A stretch of 64,000 bases of DNA, from the NCBI GenBank assembly GCA_963707985.1, contig CAVPRW010000022.1, positions 32,001 through 96,000 on the forward strand, in the 5' to 3' direction. The stretch is from an uncultured Nitrospinota bacterium. GTDB lineage: Bacteria > Tectomicrobia > Entotheonellia > J063 > CAVPRW01. Position numbers and translations under genes: made by a program. Shown piece by piece: positions 52,227 through 61,726 of the stretch. Numbering within the stretch: the first letter of the stretch is position 1; the number at the start of each line of letters is the position of its first letter. The notes beneath the pieces were generated by a model. The model was not told the DNA's origin and ran no database searches. It saw nothing but the letters and a program-made list of their open reading frames with translations.

Positions 52227-52652
52227 ATGGTCGTACTCGATACGGATCATATGAGTCTGTTGGAGTGGAGCGCTGCACAGGGTTCGGCGAGATTACGTGC
52301 CCGTCTGGCCACGCTCCAGCCAGCAGAAGTGGTCACTACCATCATCAGTTATGAGGAGCAAGTGCGTGGGTGGATGGCCTATCTTGCTCGCCTCCGCTCG
52401 GTCACGCAACAAGCAGACGCATACCGTCGATTGCACCAGCAGTTAGATAATTACTGTCGGATTCCTGTCCTCGCGTTTGATGCTCCCGCGACGGTGGTGT
52501 TTCAGCGGCTCCGTCGCGCACGTCTGCGGATGGGGACTATGGACTTGAAGATTGCGGCTATTGTACTCTCCCGCGAGGCTACCCTGCTCCCTCGCAATCT
52601 CGCAGACTTCGGCCGGGTACCGGGGTTACAGGTCGAGGACTGGACCGTATGA
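52227..52652 (+). CDS. PIN-domain VapC toxin
   Basis: VLDTDH, ISYEEQ, MDLKIAAI and RNLADF motifs. Confidence 0.9.
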   Translation: MVVLDTDHMSLLEWSAAQGSARLRARLATLQPAEVVTTIISYEEQVRGWMAYLARLRSVTQQADAYRRLHQQLDNYCRIPVLAFDAPATVVFQRLRRARLRMGTMDLKIAAIVLSREATLLPRNLADFGRVPGLQVEDWTV

Positions 52653-52743
52653 CATAGCAAATGACGATGGGTCAGTTTTGTGGGTCTTGTCCCATGGGCA
52701 AACGACCAGAGGCAAGGACAAGCGGCGCTACCGCCCTCTGGCC

Positions 52744-54478
52744 TCACACCTGGTTCAAGGTCAGGAGCAGTTCGGGGGTCAATGCCGCCGGATCGGTGAT
52801 CGGGCCCAGCTGCTTCTCGCCCATCTGGATGGTAGCACTGGCTCGTTGACTGTCTTGCCTTGCGTGAAACAGCAGCACCACATTGCCGTGTCGTAGGTGC
52901 ATCAGGCCACTGCGTGCCAGCGCCAGGACGTCAGGCGCACCAGGGGCTCCTGTAATGGCGATGTACAGGGGCAGGGTGAGAAGCTGCGCCAGGGCATGGC
53001 CGAAGCCGGCGGCGAACGCTTCGTACTGGCGGTGTGCGTTGGGAAAGCTCCGCAGCGCCCAGTAGGCGAGCTTGCGGTAATCGGTGTGGCCACTCAAATC
53101 GGCGAGCCGCACAAAGAAGGTGGCGACGCGGGCATTCTGCGTCAGCACGGTGATGGGCACCTGTAAGCTGGCGGGGCCAGTCTCGCTGATGTCGAAAAAG
53201 CCTCCGGTGGGGCTGCGATGCCGCTGCACAATGGCCGTGCCAAGCTGGATGGCACGTTCGAGATAGCGCGGCTGTCGTAACAGCGCATAGGCGTCCAACA
53301 TCGCCAGTCCAGTCATGGTGGTATCCATGAGCAGCCCCGGGACGTGTGGTGCCCCATCCCAGTAGTGATACATCGCGCCTGTTGGCGCCCGCAGGGTCTC
53401 CCAGAGGTGGTGGAGGATCTGCTCAGCCCGGACCCGACAGTCGTCCCGCCCCAGAAGCCACCACGCCTCAAGATAGGACGAGGCGGCTCTGGCGTTGGCG
53501 TCGCAATAGACATACTGGTCGAGCAGCGAGAGTAAGGGAAGCGGCCCAGAGGGGTGACTGGCGGGAGAGGGCAGTTCTGGCCTGACATAATCCTGGCAGC
53601 CCCAGAAGCAAGGCTGTGCGGGGTCCGTCAGCGTGGTGTTCAGGTAGTCTATCAGGCCCAGGGCCGTTTCTTTGTATGCGTCACGCTCGGTGAGAAGATA
53701 GGTGTAGAGGTAATTGCGTAAGAGCCCGGCCTGATCGTCGAGGAGTTTTTCCGGGTGCGGCTCGCGCCAGTCAGCGCGTGACGAGTAACGGAAGAAACCA
53801 CCATCTTTGTGGTCGAAGGTGCGGCTTTCCCGCATCTTCTCCAGGGTGAACGCCACATGGTCGAGATACGTCCTGTCGCCGCTGACGCCAGAGAGGTAGA
53901 GCAAGAAATCGTTGGCTTCCGTATGCAGGAATTTCGCTTGCGTGCCATAGCCGCCGTGCACATGGTCAGCGAGCCCTTCCAGCATGCCAGCGATCTCGGC
54001 CACAATAGGCGCCCCCAGAGGCGCCGGCGCCGCGTCGGCTTTGCGCTGCTGGGCTTCGCTACGGTTGCGGGCCGCCGTCTCCAGCAATCGTGGCTTTATC
54101 GCGCTGATAGGCATCCACCAGCCTGACCAGGAGGCTAATAAACGGCTCCGGGGCCAGATAATTGACCCGCAGGATGTCATCGCCGGCTGGGGTCAGAAAG
54201 GCAATGGTGGGCCAGCCATTCTGGTTGTAGCGCAGATCGACATCCGGGCGCTGCGACTCCTCAACGCGGATGGGCACGAAGAAGGCATTGAGGAGCGCGA
54301 TGACCTCATCGTTCGATAGAGTCGTGTCGTCCATGCGCTGGCAATAGCCGCACCAGAAGGCCGTGAGCCACAGGACAAGCGGTTTATCCTGCTGCTGTGC
54401 CTCCTGGAAGGCCTCGTCACCCCATGGCCGCCACTGGACCAGATGCGCCCGGTTGGGGCGTGGAGAAAAGCGGAACAT
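52744..54478 (-). CDS. DUF255/YyaL-type thioredoxin-domain + alpha/alpha-toroid protein (one +1 frameshift near 54091)
   Basis: VQWRPWGDEAF, WCGYCQRMD, RPDVDLRYNQNGWPT, GGFFRYS and PHPEKLLDDQ motifs. Confidence 0.85.
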
Positions 54479-54488
54479 AGGCTCTCTT

Positions 54489-55776
54489 TCAGCCGTGATC
54501 GGCGGTGTGCTGCAGGGCGTCAAAGGCGCGCTTGAGGATATCGTGCCGCAACTTCTTTTCTTCTTCCTGGGGCAGGTTCGGATCGCCCAGGACGTGCACA
54601 ATCCCACCACCCTGCACAATGCGGTTCGAGCCAACCATCTTCGCCACTGGCATCACCGAGGTGACCTGGACGACGGGAATACCGGCCTTTTCGAGTTCGG
54701 TCGTGATCGCAGCACCGCTGCGAGTGCTGGTGCCTCACGTGGAGGTCGAGAATCACGGCCTCCACGCCTTCGGCTTTAAGCTTCTCGGCAATCTCCCGCC
54801 CCAGACGGCGGCTATTGGCGAGCGGGTTGGCGAGCCCCGTCGTGGAGACAAAACAGTCATGCAACTTGCCCACCACCCCGGCTTTTTCGAGCGCACGCAG
54901 CACATCCACAGGTACCAGCCGGTCCGGGTCTTGCTCCACATAGCGGGTGTCATACCCCCGGTGCGAGACTTCGTAGTCCTCCCCGTGCAGATCATCGAGG
55001 CCGGAGATGTCGTAGGCGCCCCAGTTGGTGGCGGCATAGGGGGCAATCTTATCCGGATTGCCTTTGGGAACCAGACCGCCATCCGTGACCAGGGCCACTC
55101 TGGCCTTGGAGAGGTCCAGGACAGGGGCCGGGGCCGGGACTGGTGAAAACGTTGGCGGCGTGAATTCGGACTCAAAGGGCTGTCCGGTGGTCTTGGCATA
55201 CACCATGGCCACCAGGCGTTCGGCAGCGCTGGGCTCGACAAAATCGTCTCGCAAGATCCCCTGCGGAATGTAGCCTTCCTCGCGTGGCCGACCGATGGCC
55301 TGGTGGTTGATGAGCTTCCGGGCGAGACGTGCCATGGTGGTCAGGACATCCCGCATGGCCTGAACCTGGGTGCCGGAATCAACGATATAGATATCTGAGC
55401 GATACATATCCACACCAGGGTTTTCCACTGCCATGCCGGTGATCACCGGGATCCCGAGCGCGGCTTTAACGGCCTTGCACAGGGCACCCGCCGCCATGCC
55501 GTAGCGCCCGGCTTCAAAACACGGGCCAGCCACGAACAGGTCGGCCTGGCATTGTTGGACTTCTTGCACGGCCAGGGCACTCAGGCTTTCGACATGTTCG
55601 GCAGCATAGTTGTCACCCACAACGATGGTGCGCACGACCTGTGCCCCGGCTCCCAGGACTTGCTCTAACAGGCGCCCTGGGCCAACGGCTCCATCCTGGA
55701 TGTGCGGGGCCAGGTACGCCGCTTCCTCTCCCCCTCGTCCGCCAAAGAACTGGTTCAGATAGTGTACGATACGCAT
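54489..55776 (-). CDS. Glycine/sarcosine/betaine-reductase selenoprotein B (GrdB/F/H)-like protein, 428 aa, with TGA as putative Sec at 54737-54735 (one +1 frameshift just upstream)
   Basis: IVHYLNQFFGG.GGEEAA, AGP.F.AGRYG, ALVTDGGLVPKGNPD and DPDRLVPVD; corrected frame AVILTST-TGA-GTSTRSGAAITTELEKAGIPVVQVT...VGSNRIVQG stays open to TGA at 54491-54489. Confidence 0.85.
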
Positions 55777-55794
55777 GATGAGACCTCCTCTCTT

Positions 55795-55815
55795 CCCTCT
55801 CCCTCCGGGAGAGAG
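55795..55815. repeat. Third REP-like palindrome copy, between the grdE-like and grdB-like genes
   Basis: CCCTCTCCCTCCGGGAGAGAG, one mismatch to 46987-47007. Confidence 0.65.
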
Positions 55816-55862
55816 CTTGTACTAGAGCACCCCGCCCACTGGAGAGGGAATTGACGTCCCCA

Positions 55863-57143
55863 TTAATGCACAAAGGCGCGCAGATGGGAAGCCCCTTGCT
55901 GATTGGTCACGCCACAGAGCCTCCCGGCGTCGAGCATCTGGGCGGTCCGTAGTGCCTCCACCGCCTCAGGAGTGCCAGCAATCGCCCGCGGGACCGCCGG
56001 AACGGTCCAGTGCGTGTCATTGCCCCCAACGTACACAATAGCATCGACCTCGTCATAGTTGAACAGCAACGCTGACTCGGCCCGGCGGTCCTGGGACATA
56101 TCGGAAGTCTGCACCGCCGTGCGCATGCCAAGCTCCTCGCACAGCTTTGCCGTTAACGCCATATCGGCGTGCGGCGCTCCGCCCCCGTATTTGGTCAGAA
56201 TGACACCCTCAGCCGCCAGACTCCATTTCGCCTGATGGGCTGCCAGCATGGCGTTTCTGGCCCGATCGTCGTTATCAGAACCGGCCATGGTAGCGATGGT
56301 CCCGACTAGCGTGATGTTGCCCTCGCGATGCCAGCGATAGAGTTCCATGATAATCGGGTGATTTTGGTAAAAATAGGTCTCTACCGCACGGTTAAAGTAG
56401 CTGGTGACGAGGGCTCCGTCCAGCCATTCGTTGGGGTGCAGCAGCACCGGTGCCATGCCCGCAGTGTTGGCACCATAGAGGATTTGTTCGTCAACCTCGG
56501 CCACCCGTTGCCGCGAATGAATCTGCCCAATGTAGGCGAGGCACGGGAGCCCCCGGCGGCTGGCATCGACTGGCCCCAGGCTTTCAAAAACCGCGCTGTC
56601 GACCGGGGTCTGGCGCACAGCCGTATGTCCCAGATAGACGGCTGTCTTCACGCTCGCGAGGCGTAGCGCCTGCAACGCTCGGTGCCGTTCCAGCGCTGGA
56701 ACGACATGCGGGACAACGACCAGATGCGCCAACGTGGCATAGGGGCAGGCCTTTCCCGCCTCACCGCTCATCTCTACCACCTGGCCTCCGGCCACAGGCA
56801 CTGCTGGGTCTAGGACCGTGACCACCGACCCCTGCAAGACATGGGTGATCCCCTGTCCAACCATGGCAATCGGACCTAAGATGCCTGGGAAATCAGGGCC
56901 AGCGCCCGGTTCCTTGGCACGCGGTTCCACAATGTCAAACACCACGCCAAAGCGGCAGGCTTCCCCGGGGTGCACGATGGCCAGGTCCACACGCTGAAGG
57001 CGGCGATCTTCCAGGAGATACTGACGCAAGGCTGCCTCGGAGATCTCAAGTTTAGTGCCTTGCAACTGTGTGGTAGCGCCGAAGCGTATGTCAGTGACTG
57101 GATGGTAAGCAAGAGTCAAACGCATAGGCTTCACCAGTGGCAC
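55863..57143 (-). CDS. Glycine/sarcosine/betaine-reductase component B proprotein (GrdE/G/I)-like
   Basis: MRLTL..., DIVEPRAK, FPG, LHPNEWLDGAL and YQNHPII motifs; adjacent to the grdB-like gene. Confidence 0.82.
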   Translation of the reverse strand: MPLVKPMRLTLAYHPVTDIRFGATTQLQGTKLEISEAALRQYLLEDRRLQRVDLAIVHPGEACRFGVVFDIVEPRAKEPGAGPDFPGILGPIAMVGQGITHVLQGSVVTVLDPAVPVAGGQVVEMSGEAGKACPYATLAHLVVVPHVVPALERHRALQALRLASVKTAVYLGHTAVRQTPVDSAVFESLGPVDASRRGLPCLAYIGQIHSRQRVAEVDEQILYGANTAGMAPVLLHPNEWLDGALVTSYFNRAVETYFYQNHPIIMELYRWHREGNITLVGTIATMAGSDNDDRARNAMLAAHQAKWSLAAEGVILTKYGGGAPHADMALTAKLCEELGMRTAVQTSDMSQDRRAESALLFNYDEVDAIVYVGGNDTHWTVPAVPRAIAGTPEAVEALRTAQMLDAGRLCGVTNQQGASHLRAFVH

Positions 57144-57317
57144 CCCATGGTCATGGGGTCCCCCTTTCTATGCGGTAAGGAGCAGGATGGCTCATCGCGC
57201 CCCTGCGTCTGTGGGCAGAAGGAACATGGCCACAGGCCCGACAGCCAGAAGAGGCCGTATGGAGGCCGCACCAAGCGTGGGCTCTCCACGGCAACTCCTA
57301 GACATCGGGGCGTACGG

Positions 57318-58172
57318 TCAGGCGTGCGTCTGCTGCATCAGCCGCGCACAGCGGTCAAGAAGCGGCAGCACTTCGTCGGCCTGAGCCGGTGGCAGGTTGA
57401 AGACCAGCCGGGCCACACCGGCATCGTGATAGCGTTTGATCAGGTCCGGGTCCTCAGCCACACCGAAGATCGTGATCGGGATGGTCGCGGGGTCACGCCC
57501 GGCCGCCGTCGCCATCTTCTTGAAGTCGGGCAAAAGGTTGAGCACGTCGCCATAGGCCGGACGGCTGGCGTGTGGCACCCAGCCGTCGCCATAAGCGATC
57601 GCGCGGCGTGCTCCGTAAGGATAGGCGCCGCCAACGATGACCGGAGGGTGCGGCTTCTGCACCGGCTTCGGCCACGTCATCATCGGCGGAAACGACACGA
57701 ACTCGCCGTGGTACTCGGGTTTAGTCTGTGTCCAGACCGCCTTCATGGCCTCGACCCGTTCCCGCATGAGTTTGAACCGTGACGCGAACACAGTCCCGTG
57801 ATCGGCCATCTCCTCCGCGTTCCAGCCGGCGCCTATACCAAACAGAAAGCGGCCCCCCGAGATCTGGTCGAGACTGGCAACCTGCTTTGCCGTCTGGATC
57901 GGGTCACGCTGTACGACCAGGCAGATGCCCGTGCCCACCTTTAGCCGCGTCGTAGCAGCGGCGGCAGCCGCCAGCGTCACGAAAGGGTCCATCACATCGT
58001 AGTACTTCTTCGGCAGATCGCCGCCCTGCGGAAACGGCGATTGGCGCGATAGGGGGATATGCGAGTGCTCAGGGGCCCAGAGCGATTCGAAGCCACGCTC
58101 CTCGAGCGCGCGTCCAAGCTCGACCGGCCCCATGCCATAGTCCGTAAAGAAGATTGCTGCCCCGAATTCCAT
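57318..58172 (-). CDS. LLM-class, probably F420-dependent, oxidoreductase
   Basis: WAPEHSHIP, DPIQTAKQVASLDQISGGRFLFGIGAGWN and WPKPVQKPHPP motifs. Confidence 0.9.
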   Translation of the reverse strand: MEFGAAIFFTDYGMGPVELGRALEERGFESLWAPEHSHIPLSRQSPFPQGGDLPKKYYDVMDPFVTLAAAAAATTRLKVGTGICLVVQRDPIQTAKQVASLDQISGGRFLFGIGAGWNAEEMADHGTVFASRFKLMRERVEAMKAVWTQTKPEYHGEFVSFPPMMTWPKPVQKPHPPVIVGGAYPYGARRAIAYGDGWVPHASRPAYGDVLNLLPDFKKMATAAGRDPATIPITIFGVAEDPDLIKRYHDAGVARLVFNLPPAQADEVLPLLDRCARLMQQTHA

Positions 58173-58469
58173 ACTCGCTTCCTCTCATGGCTTCCTGGCC
58201 ACTGCCGTATGACAGCCTCATCCCGGCTTGCAGCTGTTGATCCTCAGCTCCCCATACCTCCGTTGGCTGCCGTATTATCCGAGTCGTAGGCTGTCCTGTC
58301 AATGTGCCTCGGTGCCATGAGGTCTTTGGCAGCGTTTTCGAGCAGGCCGATGTGCTCGGCCTGCGCCTGCCTGGCAACCGCAAAACCCGTCACATCACCG
58401 GGGGGGGGGGACGATCTTGCCTGAATGTGGCCATAGAGGTGGAGCCCTAAGGAGAACGCATACCCCTGC

Positions 58470-58700
58470 TGGGCATCGACCAGCACCACCTCACAGGGCC
58501 CCTCCAGAATGTTGAAGACCGGTTTCCAGTCAGCGCCTGTGCTCTCAGTGGCCACATGTATGCAACTACAGACCAGCAGCCAATCGGCGAGCGTCAGCAA
58601 TTCAGCCGTCATCGCCCCACGGGTGCGGGTCTCTTGCCCTTCAGGGGTCACAACGCCGGCCACCACGGTTTTCTTGTGCACGTCTATGCCCGCCAACGCT
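58470..58700 (-). mobile_element. IS110-family transposase N-terminal remnant
   Basis: AGIDVHKKTVVA...VATESTGADWKPVFNILEG (DEDD domain); truncated. Confidence 0.82.
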
Positions 58701-58980
58701 CGTACATGACCTGCACAGCCACCTCCGATTGAAGCCACGGCAGGCAAGGATACCTAGAATGTGGGATGTTAACGTGCATGCTCAAGGGCGACAGTTGTAG
58801 GGTAGCTGTTTACTTGCGGCAGCGAATATGCTACCACAGACGTGGCCATAGCTAACGTCAAGGGTTCGTCTGAGCGTCCTACACAGCTCCTCAGGTGCGA
58901 CGGAGGCGCACTGACAAAAGAGTCGAGGCATGCTCAGCCTGCCGCATACACCAGAGTCTGGATGTAGGAGGGGGACGACG

Positions 58981-60105
58981 ATGACCGGGGAACCAGTCAA
59001 CATCTATGAGTACGAGGCACTTGCCCACGAGCGTTTACCGAAGCCGGAGTATGATTTTATCGCCGGTGGCGCCACCGACGAGATTACCCTGAAGCGGACG
59101 CGTGCGGTGTTCGACGCTATTATGCTGCGCCCGCGCATGCTAGTCGATATCAGCCAGCCGAACCTGTCGACCACCGTGCTGGGACACCAGGTCGCCTTTC
59201 CCATCCTGATGGACCCCGCGGGCAATCACGGCAGAGCCCATGTCGAGGGCGAGTTGGCCACAGCCAAAGCGGCGGGGGCGATGGGTACGGTGATGCTCCT
59301 CAGCTCAGGATCAAGCTATACGCTGGAAGAGGTGGCCAAGGTGGCGACGGGTCCCATCTGGTTCCAGCAATACCTCTACCGGGACCGGGGGCTGAGCAAG
59401 ATGATGGCACAGCGCGCCCAAGATGCCGGGTATAGTGCCCTATGTATCACGCTAGACTCGACGGTGCGAGCCAAGCGCGAGCGCAACATTCGCAATAACT
59501 ACTCCAACCCACCATCACCGAACTATGCTGGGTTGGAGGTCGAGGAAGGGTCGTGGGACACCAGCTCTGATGCCCCACGCGGGACCAATCGGCTGATTGA
59601 TCGTTCGGCCACCTGGCCGTACCTGGACTGGCTCGCGGCCAACACGCCATTGCCCTTGGTGGTCAAGGGTATTATGACGGGAGAGGATGGTCGGCTGTGC
59701 GCTGAGCATGGGGTGAAAGGCGCGATCGTGTCCAACCATGGGGCCCGCCAACTGGACACCACCTTTGCCAGCGTTGAAGTGCTTCCCGAGGTCGTGGAGG
59801 CGGTAGATGGTCGCATCGAGGTGTACCTGGATGGCGGCATCCGGCGTGGCACCGATGTGCTCAAAGCGCTGGCGCTGGGAGCCAGGGCTGTCCTGATCGG
59901 GCGTCCACTGTTCTGGGGGCTGGCAGTGGACGGTGAAGCAGGTCTACGGGCTGTCCTGCAGATGCTGCGGGACGAGTTGGAGATGGCCATGGGCATGTGT
60001 GGGCGCCCGACAATTCAGAGCATCGACATTAGTCTGCTGGGGACCATGTCGCCGCTCCTGTCGGTGCTGCACCCGCCGCAGGGCCTCCGGTTCCCCCAAT
60101 TGTAG
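58981..60105 (+). CDS. FMN-dependent alpha-hydroxy-acid oxidase
   Basis: WFQQY, LVVKG, SNHGARQLD and DGGIRRGTDVLKALALGA motifs. Confidence 0.95.
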   Translation: MTGEPVNIYEYEALAHERLPKPEYDFIAGGATDEITLKRTRAVFDAIMLRPRMLVDISQPNLSTTVLGHQVAFPILMDPAGNHGRAHVEGELATAKAAGAMGTVMLLSSGSSYTLEEVAKVATGPIWFQQYLYRDRGLSKMMAQRAQDAGYSALCITLDSTVRAKRERNIRNNYSNPPSPNYAGLEVEEGSWDTSSDAPRGTNRLIDRSATWPYLDWLAANTPLPLVVKGIMTGEDGRLCAEHGVKGAIVSNHGARQLDTTFASVEVLPEVVEAVDGRIEVYLDGGIRRGTDVLKALALGARAVLIGRPLFWGLAVDGEAGLRAVLQMLRDELEMAMGMCGRPTIQSIDISLLGTMSPLLSVLHPPQGLRFPQL

Positions 60106-60265
60106 AGCCGGCTGCGACAGTGCCTGGCGATCAAGTGGCTGAGGTCTATCCAAAGTTCTCGGCTCCACCTCCTGTCCCTGAAAGCAGGTATGGGGAGGCC
60201 AAAGGTGCTATCGCGCTGGAGAGCGCCCGATAGGGTTGCTCAGGGACGATGATTGCGAGGTGGCT

Positions 60266-61663
60266 ATGTTACAGCGCTTATGGTCAACCTTTCGAGGTCA
60301 TATGCCGCCGGGTGCCTATCCGCCCGGCCCTCGGAGCCGCTATCCGGGCGCGCTCCTGCTGGCCTTCCGCCGCGATTCACTAGGCCTCTTGACGAGTGTC
60401 GCACAAGGGTATGGCGATGTCGCGCACGGCACCTTGGGCCGCAAGCATCTCTATCTCCTGAACCACCCGGACTACATCAGAGATGTGTTGGTCACCCATC
60501 ACCGCCGCTTTACCGGCCTTGCCTTCGAGGCCGCTAAGAGCCTCACTGGTGAGGGACTTCTCAGCGCCCAGGGGGAGGCGCACCGTCGGCAGCGGCGACT
60601 GGTACAGCCCGCCTTCCATCGCGACCGGCTGTCGGCATATGCTGCGACGATGGTCGAGCACGCGCAGCGGTGGCGCGACCGTCAGCACGATGGAGCGGTG
60701 ATGGCGATCCGTTCTGAGATGAGGCGGTTGACGCTCGGTGTTGTCGGCGAGACGATGTTCGGGTCGACGGATGGCGATGCGGCCGACGATGTGCGCGGGT
60801 TTATCGACGCAGGGGGGGCACTGTTTGGGCCGCTCACCTTTTTCTTCGCGCCGTTCATGGAGCGTTTGCCGCTACCATCTGCGCGCCGGTTCATCGCCGC
60901 GCGTCAACGACTGGACGCGCGCGTCTACCGCATGCTGGATGAGCGGCGGGCCTCCGGGGTCGACCAAGGCGACTTGCTCTCCATGTTGCTGTTGGCGCAG
61001 GATGGCGAGGGCGACGGGCAGGGGCTGACAGAACAACAGATTCGCGACGAGGTCGTGACCATTTTCCTGGCCGGACACGAGACTACGGCGAACGCCCTAA
61101 CCTGGAGCTGGCATCTCCTGGCGCAACACCCCGAGGTGCAGCGGCGCCTGCACGCCGAGGTCAATGAGGTGCTCGGCGACCGCCCGCCCACGCTGGATGA
61201 CCTGCCCCGCCTCCCTTACACAGGCGGTGTCTTCGCTGAGGCACTCCGACTCTACCCGGTGGCGGCGATGATCTTCCGACGTGCCCTGGAGGATCACCCG
61301 GTGGGCGAGTACGTGATCCCCAAGGGCGGTATCGTCATCATGAGTCAGTACGTCATGCACCGCGATCCCCGCTTCTACCAGAATCCTGAAGTGTTCGACC
61401 CTGATCGCTGGGCTCCCGAGGTACGTGACAGCCGTCCCCGCTACTGCTACTTCCCGTTCGGTGGCGGGCCACGGGTGTGTATCGGGGAGGGCTTCGCGAC
61501 GATGGAGGGCACGCTGATACTGGCCACTATCGCCCAGCGATGGCAACCACAGCTGCTCGTGAAGCAACCGATACGACGGGATCCGACGTTCGGGACGCGG
61601 CCGAGTGACACGTTGCGCTTGCGCCTCGAACGCCACACGCCGACATACGTAGGGACCAGGTGA
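60266..61663 (+). CDS. Cytochrome P450
   Basis: AGHETT, EALRLYP, FDPDRW and heme motif FPFGGGPRVCIG. Confidence 0.96.
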   Translation: MLQRLWSTFRGHMPPGAYPPGPRSRYPGALLLAFRRDSLGLLTSVAQGYGDVAHGTLGRKHLYLLNHPDYIRDVLVTHHRRFTGLAFEAAKSLTGEGLLSAQGEAHRRQRRLVQPAFHRDRLSAYAATMVEHAQRWRDRQHDGAVMAIRSEMRRLTLGVVGETMFGSTDGDAADDVRGFIDAGGALFGPLTFFFAPFMERLPLPSARRFIAARQRLDARVYRMLDERRASGVDQGDLLSMLLLAQDGEGDGQGLTEQQIRDEVVTIFLAGHETTANALTWSWHLLAQHPEVQRRLHAEVNEVLGDRPPTLDDLPRLPYTGGVFAEALRLYPVAAMIFRRALEDHPVGEYVIPKGGIVIMSQYVMHRDPRFYQNPEVFDPDRWAPEVRDSRPRYCYFPFGGGPRVCIGEGFATMEGTLILATIAQRWQPQLLVKQPIRRDPTFGTRPSDTLRLRLERHTPTYVGTR

Positions 61664-61726
61664 GCCACGTCAGGCAGGCCAACCTGGTCTCCCCATTGGG
61701 CTAGCCGACACCTCACGAGGTCCCGC

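Noticed and set aside
54520..54750. ORF-track C-terminus of the GrdB-like protein (DLHVRHQH...)
   Set aside because: Out-of-frame read-through; the family-like sequence continues in the shifted frame through the TGA
58399..58410. Poly-G tract as a phase-variation switch
   Set aside because: Lies in degraded DNA beside an IS110 remnant, not in an intact gene or evident promoter
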